Below, one piece after another: positions 27,285 to 35,611 of a stretch of DNA of 48,613 bases. This DNA comes from Escherichia phage haarsle. Where the stretch lies: the sequence record NC_049828.1; one strand, written 5' to 3'. The notes under the pieces are model-generated. The model saw nothing but the letters and a program-made list of their open reading frames with translations. It searched no databases and was not told where the DNA came from. Every line of letters begins with the position of its first letter. Within the stretch, counting starts at the first letter, position 1. Position numbers and translations under genes: made by a program.

Positions 27285-28346
27285 ATGAATAAGTTTATGG
27301 CGTACACCAGCGAAGAAATGAGCAATGAGCTTTATCACGATCCAGAAGCGTGGACGGCTGATTATGTTAGCGGATCAAGCCTTGCAGAGATTTACAGCAC
27401 ATGCCCGGCGGCGTGGAAGTTCAAGCCTCGTGACGATAAGAGCAAGGCGCTTGTTTTCGGTACGCAGTCGCATACCAACTTTGAAAGCAAGGAGTTATTC
27501 GAAAAAACCTATCGACGCGCGCCAGCGCCAGAAGACTTTAAGGATCTGATAACTAGCCAAACTGCGCTTGCCGCAAAACTGAAATCATTTGGCCTGAAAG
27601 GTACAACCGGAAATACTTACCCAGAACTTATAAAAATGATGGTTGACTGTGGCGAAGACCTTAACGTTATGTGGTTGATTGAGATGATCGCAGAAAGCCA
27701 AGCTATGACCGACGGAGTGCAGTTAATCGACGCTAAAGACTACGACGCTTGCGTTGCAATGCGCCAAGTTCTGGAATCAATACCGGAACATAACGCATGT
27801 ATGAATAGCAAGACAGCACAACGTGAATTATCGTTGTTCGGTGAAATCAACGGCGTAAAAGTCAAAGTGCGATGCGATCACGTTGACGTAACAAAGAACG
27901 TCACCGCAACGCTGATTGATGGTTACGATGAAAAAGGTCAGCCGATTTGCCGCGATATTATTTATCCAGAGGCCATTGTGATCACAGACTACAAAACCAC
28001 AATGAGCGCGAATCCGGCTGAGTTTATGCGCCTGGCTTACAATCACGGCTATTATTTGAAAATGGCGTTGCAATGTGATTTATTCAGGAAAGCGTATCCA
28101 GAAGAAAAGCGACCTATAGTTGTTCGCCTGTTAGCCCAGGAGAAGAAAGAGCCTTATTTGCCGCTGGCTTTCCGCATGAACAACGAGCAATTGAAGATTG
28201 GGCGCATTCAGTACATGAGCGTAATTAACCAGTTTGCCATGTGCCAGCAACATGACGTTTGGCCTTCGTATTCAAACGGTGAGCCTGAGGTTTGCCTTGA
28301 TACTCCTGATTGGGTGCGCCGCCAGTTTAAGCAATATCTTATTTAA
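27285..28346 (+). CDS. recombination exonuclease, PD-(D/E)xK family (353 aa)
   Basis: Nuclease-like motif region (ITDYKT); first gene of an exo-ERF-SSB module. Confidence 0.55.
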   Translation: MNKFMAYTSEEMSNELYHDPEAWTADYVSGSSLAEIYSTCPAAWKFKPRDDKSKALVFGTQSHTNFESKELFEKTYRRAPAPEDFKDLITSQTALAAKLKSFGLKGTTGNTYPELIKMMVDCGEDLNVMWLIEMIAESQAMTDGVQLIDAKDYDACVAMRQVLESIPEHNACMNSKTAQRELSLFGEINGVKVKVRCDHVDVTKNVTATLIDGYDEKGQPICRDIIYPEAIVITDYKTTMSANPAEFMRLAYNHGYYLKMALQCDLFRKAYPEEKRPIVVRLLAQEKKEPYLPLAFRMNNEQLKIGRIQYMSVINQFAMCQQHDVWPSYSNGEPEVCLDTPDWVRRQFKQYLI

Positions 28347-28352
28347 ACAGCA

Positions 28353-28388
28353 CAAATAGCTAAACAAATGAAAAATGTGGTGTTATAA
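28353..28388 (+). promoter_or_regulatory. Extended -10 promoter candidate (TGT-TATAAT at 28380-28388)
   Basis: TGnTATAAT read from the sequence upstream of the gene at 28428. Confidence 0.45.
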
Positions 28389-28427
28389 TTCACCGCATAA
28401 GTTAACAACAAGCGTAAGGAAATAAAC

Positions 28428-28706
28428 ATGGAAAACAAACAAGTTTCAGAGGTAGCAGTTCGTATCAATAATTTTGCAACTGGCATGGGTATGTTGCTTC
28501 GTGACTTTGTAGCGCCGCTTGATCCAACGGCAGGCACAGAAGAAATGGAGTACATCAGAAAAGTAATTGATGCAGTCGATAACGTCGTACTTGTTGCAAC
28601 AATGAGCGAAGACAACGAGGAAGCAATCAAGGCGGTAAAAGAAAGTTCCGATCGCATGATGGAAAATCTGATTAAATTACACACTAAAGAAGAAACAAAG
28701 CATTAA
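28428..28706 (+). CDS. hypothetical acidic protein (92 aa)
   Basis: ORF with RBS GTAAGGAAA. Confidence 0.5.
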   Translation: MENKQVSEVAVRINNFATGMGMLLRDFVAPLDPTAGTEEMEYIRKVIDAVDNVVLVATMSEDNEEAIKAVKESSDRMMENLIKLHTKEETKH

Positions 28707-28751
28707 CAGCAATAAGGAGGCGAAAGCCGCCATGAATTACGGGAATTAATC

Positions 28752-29408
28752 ATGAAACTATCAGAGCAATTCGACAAGGTTTTACCAGCGCTGCATAAGG
28801 CTCGCAGCTTGTTTGTGAAGGTTAAAAAGGACAAGCAAAACACTCACCTTAAAAATCGTTACGCAACGCTTGATGCAGTTCTTGATGCAATCACTCCGGC
28901 GCTAAACGATAACGAATTAATGCTTATGCAGGATATGATTGAAAGCGATCAGCCAAATAGGATTAAAGTTGAAACGACAGTGCTTCATGTGTCCGGTCAG
29001 TACGTTAAATTCTATGCTGAGTTGCCAATCGTTAAAAACGATCCTCAAGGTGTCGGATCTGCATTCACATACGCGCGTCGCTATGCAGCAGCAGCAGCAT
29101 TTGGCTTAAGCCAGGCAGACGATGACGCACAGATTGCCGTTAAATCTGCAAACGACTGGAAGCGTGACATTGAGAAATGCGAAAGCGTAAACGAATTACA
29201 AGAAGTGCTCAAATCAGCATGGAAGGCAAGCGATCCGGCAAGCAAGCAGGTAATTAAAGAGCATTACGAAAAGCGCAAGGCAGAACTTGAGATCGGAAAA
29301 GCACGAGGATTTAATCCAGCGCAACCAAAACAAAATCTTGCCGCTCAAGACGTTGACACAAAAAACGACGAGCAAGTAAAATCACAAAGCATAACTGATT
29401 TTGAATAA
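28752..29408 (+). CDS. ERF-family single-strand annealing protein (218 aa)
   Basis: [12 protein letters not shown] and FTYARRYA motifs resemble the ERF superfamily; located between exonuclease and SSB. Confidence 0.65.
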   Translation: MKLSEQFDKVLPALHKARSLFVKVKKDKQNTHLKNRYATLDAVLDAITPALNDNELMLMQDMIESDQPNRIKVETTVLHVSGQYVKFYAELPIVKNDPQGVGSAFTYARRYAAAAAFGLSQADDDAQIAVKSANDWKRDIEKCESVNELQEVLKSAWKASDPASKQVIKEHYEKRKAELEIGKARGFNPAQPKQNLAAQDVDTKNDEQVKSQSITDFE

Positions 29409-29414
29409 TTGACA

Positions 29415-29438
29415 TGGGGCGCTTGCGCCCCTTTATTG
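29415..29438 (+). terminator. Terminator-like hairpin (GGGGCGC ttg CGCCCC, TTTATT)
   Basis: GC stem plus a short T-tract between ERF and SSB. Confidence 0.5.
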
Positions 29439-29452
29439 CAGGAGAATAAAAC

Positions 29453-29893
29453 ATGCATATTATTACTGGTGAGATCCGAAAAGAGCCGCGAGTAAAGCAA
29501 ATGCCTAACGGCAGCACGCTTTATGTAGTTGAGCTTTCAGAGCGATACAAAGATAAAGATGGAAACTGGCAATATACAAACTACAGTTTCTTTTTTAATG
29601 CTAAAACAGAAGGTCTTAATGGTTGGTATGCTGAGGCGTTCCAGGTTGGAAAGGTTATTTCTGTATCTTGCGACACGCTTCGCATAGAAACGCGTGAATA
29701 TAACGGAAAGATGTATTCAAGTTTAATGCCTGGTGGATTCGCAAATCTTATATTCAGCCAGCGCGGAGAAGGCCAGCCGCAACAGCAACAACAAGGAGGA
29801 TGGGGCCAACCACAGCAACAGAATCAACAGCAACAACAACCAAAACAAAGCAATCAGCCTCCTATGGACTTTGACGACGACATTCCTTTCTGA
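29453..29893 (+). CDS. ssb: single-stranded DNA-binding protein (146 aa)
   Basis: OB-fold-like N-terminal region, Gln/Gly-rich linker and acidic C-terminal tail DFDDDIPF. Confidence 0.85.
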   Translation: MHIITGEIRKEPRVKQMPNGSTLYVVELSERYKDKDGNWQYTNYSFFFNAKTEGLNGWYAEAFQVGKVISVSCDTLRIETREYNGKMYSSLMPGGFANLIFSQRGEGQPQQQQQGGWGQPQQQNQQQQQPKQSNQPPMDFDDDIPF

Positions 29894-29897
29894 TCAA

Positions 29898-29922
29898 CAA
29901 AGGGGCATTACGCCCCTTTTTC
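29898..29922. terminator. Bidirectional terminator (AGGGGC atta GCCCCT, T5)
   Basis: Hairpin between convergent SSB and the leftward block. Confidence 0.7.
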
Positions 29923-30165
29923 ACTTTCAGCCACTCCAAGCACGGCAATAACCTTGACAGCAATTCGCTTTGCAAGTTCAGTTTGATTCGCGTTCAGCTT
30001 TCCGGTGGTCATTATTGACAACATTCCGCTCATACTTCCAAGCCCGTTAAAATCTGACATTGCCGATTTCATGATTGATATTGGTGAATGACCTTCATCA
30101 GCTATTGTGTGCGCTCTCTCTGACAGGTCTTTAACTACCTGATCTATTCCTTCACTTTTCGTCAT
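29908..30165 (-). CDS. hypothetical protein (85 aa)
   Basis: ORF with RBS AAGGAAAAG. Confidence 0.5.
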   Translation of the reverse strand: MTKSEGIDQVVKDLSERAHTIADEGHSPISIMKSAMSDFNGLGSMSGMLSIMTTGKLNANQTELAKRIAVKVIAVLGVAESEKGA

Positions 30166-30643
30166 TTACTTTTCCTTCAGGAGTTGATTGCTGTTCTGGC
30201 ATTACAGGCCACGGGCTAATTGATTCCCTTTCTGCTACTGGTTTTTCAGGTTCAATGCCTAAAAACTTTCCTACAAACTCACCAACAAAATTTGAACTAT
30301 CGCTTACATAAACATGCATTCTGTCAAGATCTGCAACTGTAACGCTATTTGGTGCGATCATAATTCGCTGTTGGTGAAAACCGATATACATCACATTTGC
30401 CGGACGCTCAATAGTCCCCATATTTGGCGCAATTACGCCCATTATCCAACAATAATGAATGTTGCCATCAAGCGGTTCACATCCAGCGTTAAGCCAGTTT
30501 ACTTTCTGGTGAGGAAACGCCATTGATGAATCAGTAGCATCACGCCGCAACGACCATTTAACGCCGCCAATCTCAATGATTTGTTTTGGCCTCATTCCGT
30601 TGAATTGAGTCACGCCAGCGCCATTTTGATTAATGTTTTGCAT
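30152..30643 (-). CDS. hypothetical protein (163 aa)
   Basis: ORF with RBS GGTGA. Confidence 0.5.
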   Translation of the reverse strand: MQNINQNGAGVTQFNGMRPKQIIEIGGVKWSLRRDATDSSMAFPHQKVNWLNAGCEPLDGNIHYCWIMGVIAPNMGTIERPANVMYIGFHQQRIMIAPNSVTVADLDRMHVYVSDSSNFVGEFVGKFLGIEPEKPVAERESISPWPVMPEQQSTPEGKVNDEK

Positions 30644-30657
30644 ATCGGTTCACCTTG

Positions 30658-30981
30658 TTACATTGATTTCATTTTACGCAATGCGCAGATACAAGCGGCA
30701 GCAAGATCGGTTAATTCTTTCTCAATGCCATGATGCGAGCCGTCTGCCTTTTCGGTCATTAGCTCTTTGTATTCCATTTCTACAATCGACATTAAGCCAC
30801 CTGGCTTGTCAATGTGCGCGTCCCATGTTTTAGGATAGTGTTTAGTTCTTTCAATAACACTTCCCATAACTGCATCATGTTCATGATCTCGATCATAATC
30901 TCTATCATGGACATTCCCTCCAATTACCACTCGCGGCAAATGCACGCGCGGTAAATGATAGCCAGCGACACGAATTTTCAT
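30658..30981 (-). CDS. hypothetical His/Asp-rich protein (107 aa); tentatively MazG-like NTP pyrophosphohydrolase
   Basis: EMEYKEL...EKELTDLAAACICAL is loosely MazG-like; weak. Confidence 0.3.
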   Translation of the reverse strand: MKIRVAGYHLPRVHLPRVVIGGNVHDRDYDRDHEHDAVMGSVIERTKHYPKTWDAHIDKPGGLMSIVEMEYKELMTEKADGSHHGIEKELTDLAAACICALRKMKSM

Positions 30982-30993
30982 GAGTATATCCCC

Positions 30994-31020
30994 TTATAAA
31001 AAAGCGCCCCGAAAGGCGCT
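30994..31020 (-). terminator. Intrinsic terminator on the minus strand (AGCGCC ccgaaa GGCGCT, T6)
   Basis: Hairpin preceded by A6 on the plus strand, i.e. a T-run on the minus strand. Confidence 0.7.
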
Positions 31021-31027
31021 TGATTTA

Positions 31028-31732
31028 TTAGCAACCACAGCAACCAGTCGGCGGAGTCGCCGGAGTTGGTAGCTTGAAGTTTACCAGTTGATTGACTTGG
31101 TTGATTTTGCAGTTGAGTTCCGAAGTCTGCTTCTCTTGAGAAAGAGCAAAGCGCGCTTCCTGCAACTGAGCTTTCATATCGCAAATCAAAACAGCCTGAG
31201 AATCAGCAAACTGTTGGCGCATCAGATCTCGCGTTGCATTGCCTTGTCGCTCAATATTCAGGTTTGTCTCACAGCAACATCTCTCCGCTGCAATCTGTGC
31301 CTGATAGGAACGCTCAAGAGCATTAACATCAGCAGCATTAATCGCAGCAACTGTTTGGTTAGTACCGCTAACAATCGCGGTATTCAGTCCGGCGAAACCT
31401 TGCACCGATGCAAGCAGGTTTTGCGTATTCTGGCTGGTAATGCCGTTAAAGGTTGATGCGGCGGAGCGCTCAACGGTAAGGTTTGTGGAGTTTTGGCCTT
31501 GCAGAGTTTGCAGCCCCAGGTTGTTTACGCCTGTCTGGATGTTATTAATACCATCAAGAACAGCGTTAGCACCGACAGCAACAGCCGCACCATCACCACC
31601 ATAACCACCACGACCATTAAAGCCGTTACCAAACCATGACCCAATCAGGCCGCCAACAGCACCGCCAAGACCAGCCGCGCCAGCTTCGCCACCAAAACCA
31701 CCACCAGTAGGGAGTAAAGTCATATCTGACAT
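31028..31732 (-). CDS. Gly-rich / Gln-Asn-rich protein with C-terminal CCGC cysteine cluster (234 aa)
   Basis: Start at MSDM with RBS AAGAGG; composition read from the translation; immediately downstream of the tail fibre gene. Confidence 0.5.
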   Translation of the reverse strand: MSDMTLLPTGGGFGGEAGAAGLGGAVGGLIGSWFGNGFNGRGGYGGDGAAVAVGANAVLDGINNIQTGVNNLGLQTLQGQNSTNLTVERSAASTFNGITSQNTQNLLASVQGFAGLNTAIVSGTNQTVAAINAADVNALERSYQAQIAAERCCCETNLNIERQGNATRDLMRQQFADSQAVLICDMKAQLQEARFALSQEKQTSELNCKINQVNQLVNFKLPTPATPPTGCCGC

Positions 31733-31867
31733 AGTAAATTCCTCTTTGACGTTAAAAAAAATTAAAAAAGTTTGCAACATTTATGTTACGACAAAGAGTA
31801 TGCGCCCAATTACCAGGAATAGATATGAAACATTTGTAAGCGATATGTCAGCAAATGGCATAAAGAC

Positions 31868-31895
31868 GAAAAAAGGCGCAGCCGTAGCCGCGCCT
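31868..31895 (-). terminator. Minus-strand terminator (GGCGC..GCGCC, T-run)
   Basis: Hairpin with a plus-strand A-run upstream, after the tail fibre gene. Confidence 0.6.
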
Positions 31896-31910
31896 TGTGA
31901 TTATTTTTTG

Positions 31911-33962
31911 TTAACTTTCCAGCGTTGTTGGCTTGTCGAGTAACGCCGCCACCGCCTCTTTGAGATCTGCAATTTCAGATTTAAGTGTTTCGATCTCCTC
32001 TTGTTGCTTGTCAACTTTTGCCTTTTGCTCTTTGAATGCGTTAACCAAAAGAGCCACAACTCCATTATAGTTAATTCCTTTGATTGACTCACCTTTTGGA
32101 TCTAATCCCCCATCATTGTTTAAAGAGTGAACAGCTTCCGGCAAAACCCTTTCAACATCTTGAGCGATCAATCCAGCCTCAATGCTATAAACGCTGTTTT
32201 CATCTTCTATAAGATTATTGCGCTTGTAGTAAGTATAACCAGTTAGATAATCAATTTTGTCGGATGCCGTTTCAATCTCTGTTAGTTGCGCTTTCATCCT
32301 TATGTCTGACGTAGAAATCCATTGGCTACAAGTAGCATTTCCAGCGCTATTGAAAATGAATTCACCACCCTTTACATAAAGGTGAGTTTCAGCGCCGCCA
32401 CCAGAAAAGCTAATGGCATCCATTCCAGCAATCCAATCATCACCCCAATGAACAACCTTGAATACGTTAAAGGCTGAGTCTTTTCCTGTAATCTCGCAAA
32501 GCAACCCACAACCACGATCACGCCAACCAGCAAAAGAGCCTCCCCCAATTTGACCGGCAATCATGGCACTTCCACCACCTGACCTAACGCCAGCAACCCT
32601 AATTGCATTATCATCAACAGGATATATGGTTAAACGACCATCAAAACGAATGTTTTGAGGAGAAAATGATGCAATACTTCCACCATTACAATAAACCTGC
32701 AATATTCCGTCACCGCCCCATTTAAAACCTGTATCATTATCTCCAATTGCTATTGAGTATTCACCAAGAGTATTTCCTTTTTCACCAGTAAGTTCAATTA
32801 TGTTATCGCTTCTAAAAACTCTTTTCCAACCACGCCAGTTACCGTTATCGCAAACATTTTCCCATTTGTTACCAGAGTGACCTGTTACTGAAAGAAGACC
32901 ATATAGCAATTTACTTTCATCACTAGTCTTTCCGTGAACATGTAAATTATACATCCACCAAGCGCCGACTTCCGGCAAACCTACAACGTCGCCACCAGAA
33001 GAATAATATCCGCTTTCTGGATTGTTTATAAAAAAACTGAGAATATCAGTCTTGTCAGCAAGTCCAACAGCCATATTACCAACAGGAATATTCAGGTTCT
33101 TTCTTGCTCCAGCTTCACTATTAGATCCAGTGCCTCCAGCATAAATTGGAAGAGGAATAAAACGTTGCAATGCGGTATCCCAGTAACCCCAATAATCGTT
33201 ACGAACTGTAAGGAATTTGATCTTATCCGGCGACTGAATAAACGTTTCGCCATCGGCCTGATTAAATCGGTCAACCTTCAATGCTTCCCTTGCAAGGTCT
33301 TTATTTTCCAGATCATTTAGGTTTTGATCTTTATGTAGCAGATTTTCAGCATTAAGGCTTTTGGCAAATTCTTCAGCCTCATTGCGCGCAGTAACAGCTC
33401 CGTTTTTTGCAGTTTCAGCGGCGCTATTTGCAGCCTGAGCGCCATTCATGTATTGCTGTGCGGAATCTCTTGCTGAAATAGCTTCGTTTTTCAGACTAGA
33501 AACATCACCCTTTATCTGTTGAGTGTCGTTTTTCAGTTGTTCAGTAGCAGCACGATCATTTGCCGTTTTCTCTGCATCGCCTTTAACCTGATTAGCCAGA
33601 TCTTGCAATTGTTTCAGGTCAAAGTTTTTGAAAAATTCAATAGCCTCCTCGATCTGAGTTTCTTTGCTTTGATAGTAACGCAGCGTTTCCGCAACATCTT
33701 GCGCCAGGCCGTCAACAGTGATTGAGTCATGCAGCAAAATAATGTAGTTGCTTCGCCCAATTTCTGCGCCGCCAGTTGTGATGGCGCGGATTTGTGTATC
33801 GCTGATAACTTCACTGATCACAGCCGCCTGAAAAGGAGCATCAATAAAAAAGATTGTTGCGCCAGGGCGAATGAGTGTTAGTTGTTCTCGCCATTTTGTG
33901 TCGTATCCAGTAATATAACCTTGCGCGTCCATTGACGCTTGTCCGGTTCTGTAAATTGCCAT
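31911..33962 (-). CDS. tail fibre protein with C-terminal intramolecular chaperone (peptidase S74-like) domain (683 aa)
   Basis: C-terminal TSDIRMK...YSIEAGLIAQDVERVLPEAV resembles self-cleaving fibre chaperone domains; start at MAIYRTG with RBS GGGAGA. Confidence 0.7.
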   Translation of the reverse strand: MAIYRTGQASMDAQGYITGYDTKWREQLTLIRPGATIFFIDAPFQAAVISEVISDTQIRAITTGGAEIGRSNYIILLHDSITVDGLAQDVAETLRYYQSKETQIEEAIEFFKNFDLKQLQDLANQVKGDAEKTANDRAATEQLKNDTQQIKGDVSSLKNEAISARDSAQQYMNGAQAANSAAETAKNGAVTARNEAEEFAKSLNAENLLHKDQNLNDLENKDLAREALKVDRFNQADGETFIQSPDKIKFLTVRNDYWGYWDTALQRFIPLPIYAGGTGSNSEAGARKNLNIPVGNMAVGLADKTDILSFFINNPESGYYSSGGDVVGLPEVGAWWMYNLHVHGKTSDESKLLYGLLSVTGHSGNKWENVCDNGNWRGWKRVFRSDNIIELTGEKGNTLGEYSIAIGDNDTGFKWGGDGILQVYCNGGSIASFSPQNIRFDGRLTIYPVDDNAIRVAGVRSGGGSAMIAGQIGGGSFAGWRDRGCGLLCEITGKDSAFNVFKVVHWGDDWIAGMDAISFSGGGAETHLYVKGGEFIFNSAGNATCSQWISTSDIRMKAQLTEIETASDKIDYLTGYTYYKRNNLIEDENSVYSIEAGLIAQDVERVLPEAVHSLNNDGGLDPKGESIKGINYNGVVALLVNAFKEQKAKVDKQQEEIETLKSEIADLKEAVAALLDKPTTLES

Positions 33963-34020
33963 GCGGTTTCTCCCGTGTTGCATGTTAATGTCAATGCAGA
34001 TAATAGCATTTGCTAAGGCA

Positions 34021-34043
34021 AAAAAAAACCCCGCAATGCGGGG
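34021..34043 (-). terminator. Minus-strand intrinsic terminator (CCCCGC aat GCGGGG, T8)
   Basis: Perfect stem with A8 on the plus strand. Confidence 0.8.
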
Positions 34044-34060
34044 CAAAGTAGCAGTGACAT

Positions 34061-34993
34061 TTAGAGAAGTGATTCAGGTTTGTAAACCTTCCTCTCTATC
34101 CCTTTCCTGTAATTATCATTAATCGGCATCATAATTTCAAGTCCTCTTTCCTCGGCAGCAATGATCGCGTCACGGTCTGTACTCTTACAGACAACTCTCA
34201 TTCTTCTGTTTCCCTTATACCTGTAAGCCACAATCTCAATGTTAGTTGCATCAAAGCAGGCCCAAACCTCTTGACCAGTTGCAAGGTGAATATGTTGCGC
34301 ATCAATCCAGTCAACGCAAAGATAGATCGTCTTATCTGTGCTTCCTGTTCTCACAACAGACCCGCGCGTGTAGTCCTTTGCGAGAAAAGACTGTTTACCC
34401 TCTTCATCAATGAAAAGCACATTGCACATTTCATCATCAATATCATCGGAATGCACCAGGTAACATGGTAACGCGTGAATGTATCGACCATCTTTAACGC
34501 CGCATTCATAATAACCATCTTCAGGAGGATATATCCCTTCATAGGAGCTTAACGGCGTGCGATCAAATTTTAGTGTTTTTGACATAACGCGCTCGCAGCA
34601 TTCATGGCTTGCCTGTTTCCCAAACGAATAACCAGAATCACGAGACACTCGCTTATTTGCCTTAATTCTATAGTCCTGCGGAACTTTTCCAAGAAAGCGA
34701 CCCAAAATATTGATCACTTCGCTGTAAGGTTCTCCGGTTAGCTTCATGATCCAACCGATTCCAGTATCGTTTCCGCACACGTTGCAGATAGCGCCGCCGT
34801 CGCCTTTTTTATCTCCAAGTTTATCCGTCCATCTAAAGCGATCCTTTCCGCCGCAGTGGGGGCAAGATTGATGCTTGCCGTTAAAAACTTCATTTGGAAG
34901 ACCGCAAATACTTTGTAGCGCCTCACGCCATAATCCCTGCATATATGGGAGAACATCTTCCTTTTGATAAACCATAAAGTTTTCGTTGTTCAT
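34061..34993 (-). CDS. DNA primase (zinc-ribbon CPHCGGKDRF plus Toprim-like region, 310 aa)
   Basis: Primase-type zinc-binding motif; start at MNNENF with RBS GAGG. Confidence 0.7.
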   Translation of the reverse strand: MNNENFMVYQKEDVLPYMQGLWREALQSICGLPNEVFNGKHQSCPHCGGKDRFRWTDKLGDKKGDGGAICNVCGNDTGIGWIMKLTGEPYSEVINILGRFLGKVPQDYRIKANKRVSRDSGYSFGKQASHECCERVMSKTLKFDRTPLSSYEGIYPPEDGYYECGVKDGRYIHALPCYLVHSDDIDDEMCNVLFIDEEGKQSFLAKDYTRGSVVRTGSTDKTIYLCVDWIDAQHIHLATGQEVWACFDATNIEIVAYRYKGNRRMRVVCKSTDRDAIIAAEERGLEIMMPINDNYRKGIERKVYKPESLL

Positions 34994-35005
34994 ATGCACC
35001 TCAAA

Positions 35006-35046
35006 CAAAAAAGCCTGACAGATGATAACATCATGCCAGGCATTGT
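35006..35046 (-). terminator. Terminator-like hairpin (GCCTG..CAGGC with flanking A/T runs)
   Basis: Inverted repeat with a long loop. Confidence 0.4.
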
Positions 35047-35048
35047 TT

Positions 35049-35522
35049 TTAGCAATTAGTGCTTTCAGGTTTATACAGGAATCCGCCAGGCTCATAATCT
35101 GACATTCTTACCACTCGCAACATTTCACGCTTATCACATCTCTTTGTGAGCGGTTTGCCATTGGAATCAAATCGCAGGTCTGGGCGGCAGAATGATGCGC
35201 GATAGCCTTGACATCCATATTTTTTGTAATCGTTATGCACCTTTTGAGCGCCAGCGGCTGAAATCATACCGCGAACACGCCACTGATTTACAGTTTGCTG
35301 GCTAACGTTAAGACGTTTTGCCATTGCTGACACACTTCCGTAATACTCAATAAGGATGTCAAGACGTGCTTTTAGTCCGGCGCGCACTTCATCTTTTAGT
35401 ACATAATATCCTGTAGGGCGCTTGCGTTTCTTCTTATCCTTGCCTCGTCTGGTTCCGTTATTGCCATTAATTGTGCGCTTGTCAATCTTGCCAGTTGATA
35501 CTGCGATTCGCTGTTCTTTCAT
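35049..35522 (-). CDS. helix-turn-helix DNA-binding protein (157 aa)
   Basis: HTH-like segment AMAKRLNVSQQTVNQW and basic N-terminus; RBS GGAG. Confidence 0.55.
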   Translation of the reverse strand: MKEQRIAVSTGKIDKRTINGNNGTRRGKDKKKRKRPTGYYVLKDEVRAGLKARLDILIEYYGSVSAMAKRLNVSQQTVNQWRVRGMISAAGAQKVHNDYKKYGCQGYRASFCRPDLRFDSNGKPLTKRCDKREMLRVVRMSDYEPGGFLYKPESTNC

Positions 35523-35534
35523 TACTCATTCTCC

Positions 35535-35578
35535 AATAGCATTTTTTGTTAAACGATGATTTAATGATTGTGTATTAT
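35535..35578 (+). promoter_or_regulatory. Promoter-like module P8 (ATAGCATTTTTTGTTAAACG, TATTAT) in the divergent region
   Basis: 20-mer at 35535-35554 with 21-22 bp spacer to a -10-like hexamer; upstream of the helicase gene. Confidence 0.5.
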
Positions 35579-35611
35579 ACACGCCAAATGGCATTACTCA
35601 AAGGTTTTAGA

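Noticed and set aside
31893-31913. Additional module-like sequence ATTATTTTTTGTTAACTTTCC after the tail fibre stop
   Set aside because: Only the T-rich half resembles the 20-mer, with no ATAGCAC core, no -10 at 22 bp and no downstream gene in that orientation; more likely part of the adjacent terminator T-tract.
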